Shown here: positions 1 to 7,822 of the stretch, piece after piece | How positions within the stretch are numbered: position 1 is the stretch's first letter | How the letters are laid out: every line of letters begins with the position of its first letter | Assembly (NCBI GenBank): GCA_964496415.1 | Contig: CAZBZN010000003.1 | Coordinates: 1 to 27,705, forward strand | Direction: 5' to 3' | Origin: Candidatus Micrarchaeota archaeon | Lineage (GTDB): Archaea > B1Sed10-29 > JAJRYS01 | DNA: 27,705 nt | The notes under the pieces: model-generated | What the model was told of the DNA's origin: nothing | Databases searched by the model: none | The model's input: the letters and a program-made list of their open reading frames with translations, nothing else | Program-made: the position numbers and the translations under genes

Positions 1-1
1 A

Positions 2-433
2 TACATAAAAACCAACGGAACCAAAACACCAACCATAACCAAAATAATTGAAAAAACAGGAGACTGCGGTGAAGTGGTTGTTTATTCAAGGTATGGGAAT
101 TCTTCTGCTGACACAGTAATTCCAAGCTCAGGAGTTCCCTTTACTACTAATGATAATCCTCAGGTTTGTTATCTTGGCGCTGGCGAGAACTGTTCAGTTG
201 GGTTTGTTGTTAATGCTACTGACTATGGGGATTACTATGTTGATGTTTTAGCTAATTCTTCTCTTTCTTTTGATGACTCTGTTGACGTGCTTGTAAGGGT
301 TATTTCTGCTGCGTTAAGGGAATGTGATGTGATTTTAAACGATGACTTCACTTCTATTATTACTTATACTATTAAAATCGTTGACAATTACTATGAAAGT
401 ATTACTGCTTCGAAGATGAGTTTATGTTACTAA
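2..433 (+). CDS. C-terminal part of a probable extracellular/surface protein (5' end outside window)
   Basis: The frame of track ORF 74..433 is open back to position 2 (YIKTNGTKTPTITKIIEKTGDCGEVVVYSRY...), so GTG74 is probably internal. Beta-rich, Cys-containing, with N-x-S/T sequons (NGT, NSS, NCS, NAT). Confidence 0.75.
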   Translation, partial: YIKTNGTKTPTITKIIEKTGDCGEVVVYSRYGNSSADTVIPSSGVPFTTNDNPQVCYLGAGENCSVGFVVNATDYGDYYVDVLANSSLSFDDSVDVLVRVISAALRECDVILNDDFTSIITYTIKIVDNYYESITASKMSLCY

Positions 434-747
434 AAGAATATGAAATAGCCGAGGGGGTTTTTGGAAAACTCAGAGGATTAATGTTTAGAAAGAGTTTTGA
501 AAAGCCTTTAGTTTTCAAGCTTAAGAAAAAGACAAGGCTTGGCACAAGCATTCATTCTTTTTTCGTGTTTTTTCCTTTTGACATTGTCTGGCTTGATGAC
601 GGCAAAGTAATTGACTTGTATGAAAATGTGAAGCCTTTTACTTTTAACATTACTCCTAAAAAGCCTGCTGATTGTTTTATTGAATTTCCAGCAGGCTTTA
701 TCAGAAAACATGGGATAAAAGAAGGTTCAATTATAAAACTCGGTTAA
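424..747 (+). CDS. DUF192 family protein
   Basis: Motifs 'KLRGLMFRKS', 'SIHSFFVFFPFDIVWLD' and 'IEFPAG...GIKEG' match the DUF192 pattern. Confidence 0.88.
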   Translation: MLLKEYEIAEGVFGKLRGLMFRKSFEKPLVFKLKKKTRLGTSIHSFFVFFPFDIVWLDDGKVIDLYENVKPFTFNITPKKPADCFIEFPAGFIRKHGIKEGSIIKLG

Positions 748-825
748 ATTTTAACTCTTTAGAGTACGTGAAAACCAAAGACAGTTAAGTAAAAAATATA
801 GGCATGAATTTCAAAAGCAAATTTT

Positions 826-2514
826 ATGAAAATAGTGTTTGATAAAAGCAAGTGTGTTAAATGCGGGTTGTGTGTCGAGGCTTGTCCTTTAGGAATAGGA
901 GTCTTGGGGTTTGAAGAAGCTTCTAAGGTGTTTAATTGTTTCCAGGAATGCTCTGACTGTCAAGAAGCCTGTAAAGCTAATGCTTTTTATGAAGCTGGGG
1001 GTGTGATTGGAATTGATCCTGAAAAGTGTAATGCCTGTGGAGAATGTGTTAATGCTTGTAAGCTTAACGCGATTGTAATAGTAGATTCAAAAGCAGTAAA
1101 ATGCAACTTATGTGCTGACAGAGAAGAACCTGAATGTGTTAAAGCATGTCCTTATAATGCTTTAAGGCTTGAGCTTTCTGATGAAGAAAAAAGATTAATT
1201 GATGAAGTCATTGGTTGGAGGAAAAAGTTCTTTGACAACGTCATTGAAACAATTGAAGTTAATGAGTTTCATGAAGTTGTCTCTTGTACTGATGGGTTGA
1301 AGTATTTAACTAACTCCACTGACCCTTGTCTTGAAGAAGCATTGGTTTCAAAAGCATTTGCTGAGAACCTTGACCAATATGAGCCTTGTGAAGAGTCTTT
1401 ACTTGAGTTCTTAAAAGCTTACGGAGAAGAAAACAAGGTAAACTATCCTGAAGGAATAATTAGCAGCGTGTTAAGGGAAGCTGTTGGTTTTTCTTTCTTT
1501 GAATTGTTTTTAAAAGACCCTTTGCTTGAAGAAATAGCTTTTAATGGTTGCGGTTCTCCGCTTTTTGTTTATCATGAAAAATACGGATGGCTTGAAACTG
1601 ACGTGAAAGTAACTAACGAGGAAAGAGTAGTTGAATTAGTTAACAAGATGATTAAAAAAACAGGAAGAAGGCTTAATTATGGCAATCCTCTTGTTGACGC
1701 TGAGCTTGGTTTTGGAAGAATAAACGCTGTAATCCCCCCTATTTCAAAGAAAGTGGCTGTCACTATAAGAAAGTTAAAGAAGAATGCTTTTGACTTAAAG
1801 AAGCTCGTGGAGAACAAGACTTTATCAAGTGATGCTGCTGCTTTTCTTAGTTTGTGTGTTGAAATAGGATGCAACATGCTCATATGTGGTAATTCAGGGT
1901 CAGGGAAAACAACTTTGCTTAATGCTTTGCTTGAGTACTCAAAAGACAACGAAAGAATAGTGATAATTGAACAGACTCCTGAAATTAAGATAAACAAAAA
2001 ACACGTAGTAAGTTTAGTAAGTAATGAAAAAACGAGCATGGTGAAGCTTGTTGAAAATACTTTTAGAATGCGTCCTGACAAAGTTGTTGTCGGAGAAATA
2101 AGAACACCAGTAGAAGTAATGGCTTTCATTCAAACAATCCTCTCAGGGCAAGCTAAGTCTTCTTTTGCTACTTTTCACGCTGAGTCTGGTGAAGATGCTG
2201 TGAAAAGACTTAAAAAATATGGAATAAAAGACGAGGATTTAAAATCAATAGATGTAATTGTTGTTCAAAAAAGATGGGAAGAAGCTAATAGTCTAACTGA
2301 TAAAAGAAGAGTGACTGAAGTGCTGTTTAGTGAAGATAATGGTTTCTTGGAAGTATTTGAATATGACATGTATGAAGATTGCTTGGCGCCTAAAAAGCTT
2401 CCTGAAAAGTTCTTGAAAAAAGCTCAATTGTACTTTTCAAAAACAAGAGAGGAAGTTATCAACGAGCTTAAGGTGAGAGCATATGAACTTAGAGAACTTA
2501 GTGAATTCTGTTAG
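826..2514 (+). CDS. Type IV pilus/Tad (CpaF/TadA/VirB11-like) ATPase with fused N-terminal four-cluster 4Fe-4S ferredoxin domain
   Basis: aa10-108 carry 16 Cys in four groups (CVKCGLCVEAC, CFQECSDCQEAC, CNACGECVNAC, CNLC-x7-CVKAC). The C-terminal part has DPLLEEIAFNG, RINAVIPPI, TIRK, Walker A GNSGSGKTT, Asp box IEQTPE, Walker B RPDKVVVGEIR and His box TFHAES. One uninterrupted frame. SD of the next gene overlaps its 3' end. Confidence 0.92.
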   Translation: MKIVFDKSKCVKCGLCVEACPLGIGVLGFEEASKVFNCFQECSDCQEACKANAFYEAGGVIGIDPEKCNACGECVNACKLNAIVIVDSKAVKCNLCADREEPECVKACPYNALRLELSDEEKRLIDEVIGWRKKFFDNVIETIEVNEFHEVVSCTDGLKYLTNSTDPCLEEALVSKAFAENLDQYEPCEESLLEFLKAYGEENKVNYPEGIISSVLREAVGFSFFELFLKDPLLEEIAFNGCGSPLFVYHEKYGWLETDVKVTNEERVVELVNKMIKKTGRRLNYGNPLVDAELGFGRINAVIPPISKKVAVTIRKLKKNAFDLKKLVENKTLSSDAAAFLSLCVEIGCNMLICGNSGSGKTTLLNALLEYSKDNERIVIIEQTPEIKINKKHVVSLVSNEKTSMVKLVENTFRMRPDKVVVGEIRTPVEVMAFIQTILSGQAKSSFATFHAESGEDAVKRLKKYGIKDEDLKSIDVIVVQKRWEEANSLTDKRRVTEVLFSEDNGFLEVFEYDMYEDCLAPKKLPEKFLKKAQLYFSKTREEVINELKVRAYELRELSEFC

Positions 2515-3280
2515 CAGAAGTTTTTCTTTTTTGCCAGTAAATGAAAAAAGAAGTATTGAAATTGACAGACAGCTTCAACAAGCCCTGTTAGAAGTAAATG
2601 GAACTGATTATTACAAGGCCTGCCTTGGACTTTTTCTAATAAGCTTTTTCTTATCCTTAACTCTTATAATAATTTCTATAAGACTAATGCTTGTAGGAGC
2701 AATGGCTTCAGGCATGCTGTTTCTATTACTACTAAAAGCACCAGCCATGATTGCTTCTAGAGTAAAAGAGAAAACAGAAGAAGGCCTTGCTTTGTTTTTG
2801 TATGGAGTAAGTTTTGACTTAAGTTCAGGGCTCACAATTGATGAAGCAGTTAAAAGGAATTCTTTCAATCCTTTTGACAAAGTAATAAAAAAAGCAATAA
2901 GCCGAGCAAATAAAGGAGACTTCTTCCTTAAGGCTTTTTTAGAAGAAGCAAGCGTGTTTTGTTCTAAAAAAGTTGACCATGCAGTTAACTTGCTTTTCAC
3001 GATTGAAAAAAAGGGAATACCATCAGAAGTACTGGCAAAAGCAGGGAAAGAGTTCATGCTTGAACAAAAATTAAAACTCAGGGAAAAGAAAAGCAAATTA
3101 AGTTTATTAGCTTTAGTTTTTGTAGCAGTAGTGGTTGTTGCTCCTGGATTAGTTGAAGGAAGCTTGGTTATTTCAAGCATAATGCTTGGAACTAATAATA
3201 CCTTAACTATCTTTTTGTTAATTGATTTAATAATCCCAGTCATAGGAGTTGGCTTGTTATGGATGATGAAAAACTTATAG
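2483..3280 (+). CDS. TadB/TadC-like (T2SS-F domain) pilus platform membrane protein
   Basis: GGTGA SD at 2472-2476. Directly follows the ATPase. Two N-terminal TM helices, a helical soluble domain ('SSGLTIDEAVK') and two C-terminal TM helices, which is the usual TadC topology. Confidence 0.75.
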   Translation: MNLENLVNSVSRSFSFLPVNEKRSIEIDRQLQQALLEVNGTDYYKACLGLFLISFFLSLTLIIISIRLMLVGAMASGMLFLLLLKAPAMIASRVKEKTEEGLALFLYGVSFDLSSGLTIDEAVKRNSFNPFDKVIKKAISRANKGDFFLKAFLEEASVFCSKKVDHAVNLLFTIEKKGIPSEVLAKAGKEFMLEQKLKLREKKSKLSLLALVFVAVVVVAPGLVEGSLVISSIMLGTNNTLTIFLLIDLIIPVIGVGLLWMMKNL

Positions 3281-3834
3281 AAGCAAAAAGCAGGTTCTTT
3301 TACCAACTATCTTCATTAACTCAAGTAATGGGGGTTGAAGAAGGTTTCAAAGAAGCTGCTTCAAACTCAAGCATCTTGTCTTTAAAAAAATCAAGCATTC
3401 TTGCTGAAAAAGGAACAAGCCTTAAAAAAGCAATAACTAGCATAAATGATAAAAAAATAAAAAGCATTCTTTTAACAGGGATAACATTAAGTGATGAAAA
3501 AGCAGCAGAATTGTTTAAAGCAGCTGCAGAGTATTATTCTATGAAAGCAGAAATAGTAAAAGAAGGAAAATCATTAACTCTTATTCCTTTCCTTACAGTA
3601 AAAGCAGGACTAGTACTTAACCCACTAATACTTGGAATGCTCTTGAAGAGTTTTAAAAGCCTTGAAGTTCTTGCAGGGGATACTTTCTTCAAGTCAATAT
3701 CCTCAGTGAATTATCTTTACTTATGCACTACAGGTCTTCTTTTTTCTTTATTCTTGTCAAAAAAACCAGTAAAATCAATCCTACTAACTGTTCCACTAAG
3801 TACTTTTTTGTTCTGGTTAGTGTCAAGCATATGA
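3259..3834 (+). CDS. Second, divergent TadB/TadC-like membrane protein
   Basis: Overlaps the previous gene. 'GVEEGFKEA...KGTSLKKAI' resembles T2SS-F helices; about three C-terminal hydrophobic segments. Call is largely from context. Confidence 0.55.
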   Translation: MDDEKLIEAKSRFFYQLSSLTQVMGVEEGFKEAASNSSILSLKKSSILAEKGTSLKKAITSINDKKIKSILLTGITLSDEKAAELFKAAAEYYSMKAEIVKEGKSLTLIPFLTVKAGLVLNPLILGMLLKSFKSLEVLAGDTFFKSISSVNYLYLCTTGLLFSLFLSKKPVKSILLTVPLSTFLFWLVSSI

Positions 3835-3842
3835 TTTAAATA
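3835..3842 (+). promoter_or_regulatory. Archaeal TATA box for the PAC2 gene (probably leaderless mRNA)
   Basis: TTTAAATA ends 22 nt before ATG3865 and no SD lies between. Confidence 0.6.
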
Positions 3843-3864
3843 CAGGGTTTGGATTATATCCTTC

Positions 3865-4602
3865 ATGCCAGTTGAAATAAGAATGACTGCTGAAGTAAAC
3901 TTGAAAAACCACGTGTTAATTGAAGGCTTTCCTGGAATAGGGCTTGTTGGAACAATAGCTGCTGGATACATTGCCGAGAAAAGGAAAATGAAGCCAGTTG
4001 GTTTCATTTACTCTGAAAAGTTCCCTCCAATGACTTCCATTCATAATGGTATAGCTTACTATCCTGCAAGGATTTACAAAGACCCAAAATCAGACTTTTT
4101 AGCTGTTTTCTCAGAGTTTGTCATTCCCGGGGATGTTGTATTCGAGCTGTCAAAGGCTATTCTTTCTTTTGCTAAGAAAAAAGGAATACGGGAAATTGTT
4201 TCTCTTGCTGGAATGACTTCAGGAAAGCCAAGTAAAGAAAAAAAGGTTTACGGCATAGCTTCTCAGGAAGGGCTTGTAAAATATCTTGCTTCAAAAGGAA
4301 TTGAAATAGTCAAAGAAGGAGTTACTACAGGAGTGTCAGGAGTTCTGCTTGCTGAATGCAGGGCTGAAAACTTCCCAGCGTTTACATTGCTTGCTGAGTC
4401 AGAATTAAACTACCCTGACCCAAGAGCTTCAGTCCTTTTAGTTAAAAAACTTGAAGAAGTAATAGGGTTAAAAGTTGATGTTAAAGAGTTAATAAAAGAA
4501 GCTGAAATGATTGAAACTAAAATGCGTAAGTTAATGAACCAAATGAAAAAAGGAAAAGCTACTTATAAGAAGGCTGAAGAAAGCCTTCCAATGTACGGGT
4601 GA
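3865..4602 (+). CDS. Proteasome assembly chaperone, PAC2 family (PbaA/PbaB-like), with C-terminal HbYX motif
   Basis: 'LIEGFPGIGLVGTIAAGY', 'GVSGVLL' and 'YPDPRAS' are typical of PAC2. Ends in M-Y-G (HbYX). Confidence 0.93.
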   Translation: MPVEIRMTAEVNLKNHVLIEGFPGIGLVGTIAAGYIAEKRKMKPVGFIYSEKFPPMTSIHNGIAYYPARIYKDPKSDFLAVFSEFVIPGDVVFELSKAILSFAKKKGIREIVSLAGMTSGKPSKEKKVYGIASQEGLVKYLASKGIEIVKEGVTTGVSGVLLAECRAENFPAFTLLAESELNYPDPRASVLLVKKLEEVIGLKVDVKELIKEAEMIETKMRKLMNQMKKGKATYKKAEESLPMYG

Positions 4603-4607
4603 TGTAA

Positions 4608-4985
4608 ATGAAAGAAGTCTACGCATTATGTGCTATAGCGTATGAGGAAATGCTTGACTTAGAAAGGCATGGAACAAAAACTTTTGAATTAGTATGCGCT
4701 GACCACATCAACATTGCTCAGAAACTAAAAAAAGGAGACATGTTATTTGTCTCAAACCTAAGCAAAGCTGACGTTAGGAAAGGAAGTGAAGGGCTAATAG
4801 CAAAAGTAAAGGATGTTAAAATAGACTACTGGAGGACTATTCCAAGAGAGTATGATGAAAAAGAACTCTTGACTACGAGGATCCAATTACAGTTTATTGA
4901 TGAAGCAAGGGTAAGAAAAGCAAAAGACTTAGGCCCTGGGAAAGGCTTAAAAGTAGAATACGAAACTCATGTGCTCTTAGGATAA
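4608..4985 (+). CDS. DUF473 family archaeal protein
   Basis: 'YALCAI...TKTFEL...N...LKKGDMLFV...D...GSEGLIAKV' fits DUF473. Directly downstream of PAC2. Confidence 0.7.
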   Translation: MKEVYALCAIAYEEMLDLERHGTKTFELVCADHINIAQKLKKGDMLFVSNLSKADVRKGSEGLIAKVKDVKIDYWRTIPREYDEKELLTTRIQLQFIDEARVRKAKDLGPGKGLKVEYETHVLLG

Positions 4986-5048
4986 AACTGTAACCAATAA
5001 GGTATTTATTAGAGTAAGTGTTTAATCTTCAATGCGGAGGCAGCAGAA

Positions 5049-5588
5049 ATGGTTAGTCCTAATGATTACTGGAAAATCTTAGCTCCTAGAATAACAGTAC
5101 TAGTCACTACTATGGATTCAAGAGGTAGAGCTGACGTTGCTCCTTTTTCTTTTGTTGCTCCAGTGAGTTTTGACCCTCCGCTTTTAATGCTTGCAGTTGG
5201 AACAAACAAGCATTCTTATTGGAACATCACTCAAAAAAAAGAAATCGTTGTAAATATTCCTACTGAGGAAATGCTTGAAAAACTCTGGGTTGCTGGAGAA
5301 AAATGGGATCCTGAAGTATCAAAAATAGAAAGAGCTGGGCTGAAAACAGAAAAAGCTGAAAAAGTAGGACCTCCTGTGCTTCCTGAGTGCGTTGCAAGTT
5401 TTGAGTGTTATGTTGAAGATGCAAGAAAATACGGCGACCACGTGATAATAATCGCTAAAGTAATAAAAATCCATGTTAAGGAAGAATTTCTTGATGAAGA
5501 AGGAAGACTCAAAGTTGACTTAGTAAGACCCCCTCTTCATGTCGCAGATAACTTGTTCGCCTTTCCATACGTTACTAAAGAAGTTTAA
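5049..5588 (+). CDS. Flavin reductase-like FMN-binding protein (flavoredoxin/MTH152-like)
   Basis: 'PRITVLVTT...VAPFSFVAPVSFDPPLL', 'FECYV...GDHVII' and 'PPLHV'. GGAGG SD at 5036-5040. Confidence 0.92.
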   Translation: MVSPNDYWKILAPRITVLVTTMDSRGRADVAPFSFVAPVSFDPPLLMLAVGTNKHSYWNITQKKEIVVNIPTEEMLEKLWVAGEKWDPEVSKIERAGLKTEKAEKVGPPVLPECVASFECYVEDARKYGDHVIIIAKVIKIHVKEEFLDEEGRLKVDLVRPPLHVADNLFAFPYVTKEV

Positions 5589-6676
5589 GCTTTTACTTCT
5601 TCTGCTTTAACTATGACATCCTTGCCGCAGTGCGGGCACTTGTAAATCACTAAGTCTCCTTCATGCCTTACTTGCAAAGCACAGTTAGAGCAGAAGCCTT
5701 TACCGCAGTAAGGACAGTAAATTATTTGAACGTTCTTAGCACCACAGTTAGGGCACTTTACTTCTTTTTCTTTTGGAACTTCCTCTATCTCAGAAAAACC
5801 AGCAAGAGAAGACAAGTCAATTCCTTCTTCAAGTTCTTCTAACTCTCCTATTTCAGGAGAAGGTTCTATTCCAAGGTCTTCTAAGCTTAAGGTTTCAAGA
5901 GAAGACAAGTCAACAGCTTCACCTAAATCAAGTTCTGGAGCTGTTACTTCAGGAACAGGAGCAGTTGGCTGTGCTGTTATTTCTGTTTTTATCTGTTCAG
6001 TGACCTCATGCTTTCTCTTAGCATACCTTTCCTTATGAGCTTCTAAAAGTTTTGAAACAGAATCAGACAATGCCTTAAAGAACGAGGCTCTCTTTTCCCT
6101 AAGCTCTTTCCTCATTGCTCTTGAAAGCCTTGGTTTTGGCTTTTTCTCAGGCTTTGGTTTTACTTCAACTACTTTAACCTCAGCAGGCTTTTCTTTCTTA
6201 ACTTCTTGAACTGCCTCTTTCTTTATACCCTCAGCAACAGCCTTCTTCTTAACTTTTGCAACAGGTTTTTCCTTTTTAGCAGTTTTTTCCACTCTAACTT
6301 TTTCAGCTTTTTTCTTAAGCTTCTCAGCCACTTTGGTTAACTTTTCTTCTTTCTCAGGCTTTTTTTCTTTAAACCTCACTACTGGAACAGCTACTTTAAC
6401 AGTCTTAGGAGGAGAAACCAAGTTCTTTAATTCAACAAAACCAAAAGAAATCAGAACTATGAACGGCATTATCGCATAAGCAAACATTGGAGTGAGGAAA
6501 AAATAAGAAGGAATTGCTGAAAGAAGAAAAATCATGATTCCAGCAAACCCAGCCAATCCTAGTTTTACTTCTCTTGGAAGAACCCTAATGTCAGGAAAAG
6601 CAAACCGCAGCAACAAGTAACCAAAACTAATGCTTCCAAATAAAGCAAAAACATAACTAACCAGCCAAAAGTCCAT
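5585..6676 (-). CDS. Membrane-anchored protein with Lys-rich and acidic linker and C-terminal 8-Cys zinc finger
   Basis: About three N-terminal TM helices, a K/E/P-rich region, an acidic stretch, then CPNC, CPYC, CSNC and CPHC. G-rich SD at 6681-6685. Stop codon shares TTAA (5585-5588) with the convergent gene. Confidence 0.82.
   Translation of the reverse strand: MDFWLVSYVFALFGSISFGYLLLRFAFPDIRVLPREVKLGLAGFAGIMIFLLSAIPSYFFLTPMFAYAIMPFIVLISFGFVELKNLVSPPKTVKVAVPVVRFKEKKPEKEEKLTKVAEKLKKKAEKVRVEKTAKKEKPVAKVKKKAVAEGIKKEAVQEVKKEKPAEVKVVEVKPKPEKKPKPRLSRAMRKELREKRASFFKALSDSVSKLLEAHKERYAKRKHEVTEQIKTEITAQPTAPVPEVTAPELDLGEAVDLSSLETLSLEDLGIEPSPEIGELEELEEGIDLSSLAGFSEIEEVPKEKEVKCPNCGAKNVQIIYCPYCGKGFCSNCALQVRHEGDLVIYKCPHCGKDVIVKAEEVKA
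5803..5913. repeat. 18-bp perfect direct repeat inside CDS (5803-5820 and 5896-5913)
   Basis: caagagaagacaagtcaa occurs twice, 93 bp apart, and encodes DLSSL on the minus strand. Confidence 0.8.
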
Positions 6677-6703
6677 TTAACCCCCGTATTGGAAAGGAGA
6701 AAC

Positions 6704-6714
6704 TTATTTAAATT
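6704..6714. promoter_or_regulatory. Probable bidirectional TATA element between divergent genes
   Basis: TTATTTAAATT in the 58-bp intergenic gap. Reads TTTAAATA on the minus strand (28 nt before ATG6676) and TTTAAATT on the plus strand (20 nt before ATG6735), with a purine-rich BRE-like run upstream on +. Confidence 0.55.
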
Positions 6715-6734
6715 AATAATTCTTTCTAACACTC

Positions 6735-7184
6735 ATGGAGTTTATAAGCTTTATAGCGAATGCCTTCATAATCTCACTGCTTGCTGAAGGATTCATAATA
6801 GCATCTTTAAAAGCAAGCCTCATCGCAAGTGTTATTATTTATCCCTTCTTGTTCATTTGTAAAAAATACGAGTATGCAAAATCAAAAAAATGGGAAAAAA
6901 CTTTCCTAAAGGGCTTCGTTGGCTTTTGGGTCATAGACTTATTAATAAACTTAGTTACTTCAGGAAGACTCTTCAACAGCTTTTCAGGATTATTCGCTTT
7001 ATTCATAGCAACCTTAGTACTGTGCTTTATTGGAACAGTGATTGGCATGAAGTTCTATGAAAAAATAAAACAAAACACTAAGTTGCCTGAAGAACTAAAC
7101 TACTTTGCCAGCTTGTTCATGACAACATTTATATGGTTTATAATCTATAGTTTAGTAATAATCATTGGATTCAGCGTGATATGA
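6735..7184 (+). CDS. Hypothetical polytopic membrane protein
   Basis: Four to five hydrophobic segments. ATGA-coupled to the next gene. Confidence 0.75.
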   Translation: MEFISFIANAFIISLLAEGFIIASLKASLIASVIIYPFLFICKKYEYAKSKKWEKTFLKGFVGFWVIDLLINLVTSGRLFNSFSGLFALFIATLVLCFIGTVIGMKFYEKIKQNTKLPEELNYFASLFMTTFIWFIIYSLVIIIGFSVI

Positions 7185-7822
7185 TGAAAAAAACAATACT
7201 CACTGCGATACTGTTAGTAGTACTTGCAGCAGCATACTCTCAGGAAATTCCTTCTTCAATAAGCGAGCTTGGATGCTACCACACAGACAATTATACAATA
7301 TATTGCCCTATGCCTGGTTATTCTTTTGACACTGAAGTTGAATTCGTTGACAACATAGGATGCTTTTCAGACAACATAACAAAATGCGTTGGAAACTGCA
7401 GTGACCAACTAAACCTCGGATGTTATTCTGGAGTAAAGTTATTAGAAGACATAAACATAACGCTATGCGAGAAAAAGTTCACCAACGAAACAGTGGAAGT
7501 AACTAATTGTACTGAAAGAACAATCAAAAAAGGAACAATAATAATAGTAGAGCTTTATGCTGGAGACGTTGACTTGTCAAACTGCAAGCAAACCCTGACA
7601 AACCACTCAATACTATTCCTTGAATGCCCTTACCTTGGAAAAAAAGCAAAGCTTGACTTAATGACTTATGACGGGGACTTCTTCATAGGGTTTTTCTCAG
7701 AACAACAGCCCAAAGACTATACTTTAATAATAATTGCTTTTATAATAATCTTAGCCATCATCGGAATTGCAGCATATTACTTTATTAAAAAACCAAAAAA
7801 GAAAAAGAGGAAGAGAAAATGA
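7181..7822 (+). CDS. Secreted Cys-rich protein with C-terminal membrane anchor
   Basis: Sec signal (MKKTILTAILLVVLAAAYS), three [LI]GC[YF] motifs, several sequons, and a C-terminal TM followed by KKPKKKKRKRK. Confidence 0.8.
   Translation: MMKKTILTAILLVVLAAAYSQEIPSSISELGCYHTDNYTIYCPMPGYSFDTEVEFVDNIGCFSDNITKCVGNCSDQLNLGCYSGVKLLEDINITLCEKKFTNETVEVTNCTERTIKKGTIIIVELYAGDVDLSNCKQTLTNHSILFLECPYLGKKAKLDLMTYDGDFFIGFFSEQQPKDYTLIIIAFIIILAIIGIAAYYFIKKPKKKKRKRK

Noticed and set aside
754..765. Short inverted repeat actct-tt-agagt upstream of the Fe-S ATPase
   Set aside because: Only 5-bp arms, expected by chance in AT-rich DNA, and no second copy was noticed.
826..1170. Separate ferredoxin gene or respiratory complex subunit
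   Set aside because: No stop codon or frameshift before the ATPase domain, and no catalytic oxidoreductase subunit nearby. An assembly chimera cannot be excluded without reads.
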